A stretch of 34,456 nucleotides of DNA from Octopus sinensis. Lineage: Eukaryota. Below are positions 1-34,456 of the stretch, piece after piece. The stretch spans positions 1 to 34,456 of the forward strand of contig NW_021832096.1 in assembly GCF_006345805.1 (NCBI RefSeq), given 5' to 3'. The position numbers and the translations under genes are program-made. The first letter of the stretch is position 1; the number at the start of each line of letters is the position of its first letter. The notes beneath the pieces are model-generated. The model had not been told where the DNA came from. It ran no database searches and saw nothing but the letters and a program-made list of their open reading frames with translations.

Positions 1-160
1 ATAGTAATGTATAAACAAAGTAAATAATTATAGTAATGATTGCAAATTTTGGCACAAGGCCAGCAATTCCGTGGTAGGGTGACGAATCAATCACATCAAC
101 CCCCAGGACTTGACTAGTTTTTATTTTATTGACTCCAAGAGGATGAAAGACAAACTCTTT

Positions 161-1565
161 CACCCGTGGACATGTTTACAAAGTCAGAAAACAGCACAGC
201 TCCCATGAATTTAGGAAACATTTTTTCCCGCTGAGAGTTGCTGAAGCATGGAACAAACTGCCAGCATCAGTTGTTAGTTGTCGGAGCACTGCATCCTTCA
301 AAACTTCCATGCTTCCTGAGATTTGCCAACACTACACTTGATTTTCTCCCCTCCATACACACACAAGCATGTATCTGACTCATACATTGTTCGCTTTCCA
401 GACATTTCTACATTACTGCATGTACTTTATATGCACTTTCTGACAAGTTGTGGTGCACCTGAGCACTGTTTACAATTAATTCATTATTATTATTATTTTC
501 AAACTCCACCCGTCTAACACCCGTGGACATGTTTACAAAGTCAGAAAACAGCACAGCTCCCATGACTTTCGGAAACGTTTTTTCATGCTGAGAGTTGCTG
601 AAGCATGGAACAAACTGCCGGCATCAGTTGTTAGTTGTCGGAGCACTGTATCCTTCAAAACTTCCATGCTTCCTGAGATTCGCCAACACTACACCTGATT
701 TCCTTCCCTCCATACACACACAAGCATGTATCTGACTCATACACTGTTCACTTCTCAGACATTTGTACATTACTGCATATGCTGTATATGCACTTTTGAC
801 AAGTTGTGGTGCACCTGAGCACTGTATACAATAATTTCAGTATTATTATTATTTAAAAACTCCACCCGTCTAACACCCGTGGACATATTTACAAAGTCAG
901 AAAACAGCACAGCTCCCATGATTTCAGGAAACATTTTTTCACGCTAAGAGTTGCTGAAGCATGGAACAAACTGCCAGCATCAGTTGTTAGTTGTCGGAGC
1001 ACTGCATCCTTCAAAACTTCCATGCTTCCTGAGATTCGCCAACACTACACCTGATTTCCTTCCCTCCATACACACACAAGCATGTATCTGACTCATACAC
1101 TGTTCACTTCTCAGACATTTGTACATTACTGCATATGCTGTATATGCACTTTTGACAAGTTGTGGTGTACCTGAGCACTGTATACAATAATTTCATTATT
1201 ATTATTATTTAAAAACTCCACCCGTCTAACACCCGTGGACATATTTACAAAGTCAGAAAACAGCACAGCTCCCATGACTTTCAGAAACATTTTTACACAT
1301 TAAAAGTTGCTGAAGTATGAAACAAACTGCCGGCATCAGTTGTTAGTTGTCGGAGCACTGCATCCTTCAAAACTTCCATGCTTCCTGAGATTCGCCAACA
1401 CTACACCTGATTTTCTCCCCTCCATACACACACAAGCATATATCTGACTCATACATTGTTCACTTCCCAGACTTTTGTACATTACTGCATATGCTTTAAA
1501 CGCACTTTTGACAAGTTGTGGTGCACCTGAGCACTGTATACAATAATTTCAATATTATTATTTTT
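161..1565 (+). repeat. Tandem array, 4 x ~356 bp, unit = 3' end of a CR1/L2-type LINE
   Basis: Units start at 161, 518, 874, 1230. The unit translates (FKLHPSN)TRGHVYKVRKQHSSHDFRKRFFMLRVAEAWNKLPASVVSCRSTVSFKTSMLPEIRQHYT*, matching the CR1 ORF2 C-terminal TRGH...FF..RV...WN.LP..VV pattern, followed by a 3'UTR and an (ATT)n tail. Confidence 0.88.
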
Positions 1566-1885
1566 TTAAAGTCAACCGTGATAGAATTTGAACTCAGAAT
1601 TGGTACAGTGCCAGACGAAATGCTTAACAGCATTCCTTCCAGCTCTTTATGTCCTGAGTTCAAATTCTGCCAGGGTTGCCTTTGCATTTCAACCTTTCAA
1701 GGTCAGTGAAATACGTACCATCAGTCAAGCACTGGGGTCAATGTAATTAGTCAAGCATTGGGGTCAGCTAGTCCCCTCTCCCAAAACTGTAGGTCTTTTA
1801 CCTTTTGTAGAGAGAATTATGTGTGTTTGTTTATTTTTGTTTATTCTCTTTTTCTTTCTTTTTTTCTTTTTGTTGTTTGTTTCAG

Positions 1886-34019
<32,134 letters not shown>

Positions 34020-34456
34020 GTAAGTGTTCTATTGTCAAATATATAAAGAGAATCTAATGCCCAAGACATGGAGAAAAGCATGGCTCAGTGGCTTAAAGGT
34101 TATCTCCATGACTACGTGCTTCTGGGTTCAATTTCACTGCATGACGGCCCAGACAAGCGTCTTTCATTTTTATTTCTTCTGCGTAATTGAAAAATTACTT
34201 TTAATTAGAATGTGTGCATGTATGTGCATGTGTGTATTTAAGTGTACCTACATATATATATTGTAAGGTTAATCCAAACAAGAAAGCACAAAAAAACACA
34301 ACAACGCGAGGACGTGGAACAAATATAGTATTATTGGACGCTCAGGAAAGAAGAAAAGAAGGAGGGTTTAAACGTTTTGAGCAGAGCTCTTTGTCGGAAA
34401 CATAGGAGAAGGAAAGAAGAGATCAGAGAAGGGAAGACAGAGGGAAAATATATATA

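Overview
This is a repeat-rich eukaryotic genomic window; the repeat families and microsatellite load point to an octopus (inference). It holds an internal 17-exon segment of a fibrillin gene on the + strand (1886-34019). The exons join to 2172 coding nt (724 codons) with no stop, and every intron is phase 1. Domain order: TB1 tail + non-calcium EGF, 5 cbEGF, TB2, 3 cbEGF, hybrid 2 (two exons), cbEGF, TB3 (two exons), 2 cbEGF. This matches the recalled human FBN1 region from TB1 to cbEGF12, with several differences. There is one extra cbEGF with an A-B-A'-B' exon pattern, no Pro/Gly-rich region, shifted TB-domain introns and a probable GC-AG intron at 30470. The introns contain SINEs, CR1, RTE and R4/Dong LINE fragments, three MITEs (Merlin-, Tc1/mariner- and piggyBac-like), retroelement-derived tandem arrays, a higher-order satellite, fold-back palindromes and kilobases of microsatellite. 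Almost all ORFs in the supplied track are low-complexity artefacts. There are no prokaryotic features, CRISPR arrays or genuine RNA genes. Family assignments and human comparisons come from recalled motifs, not from database searches.
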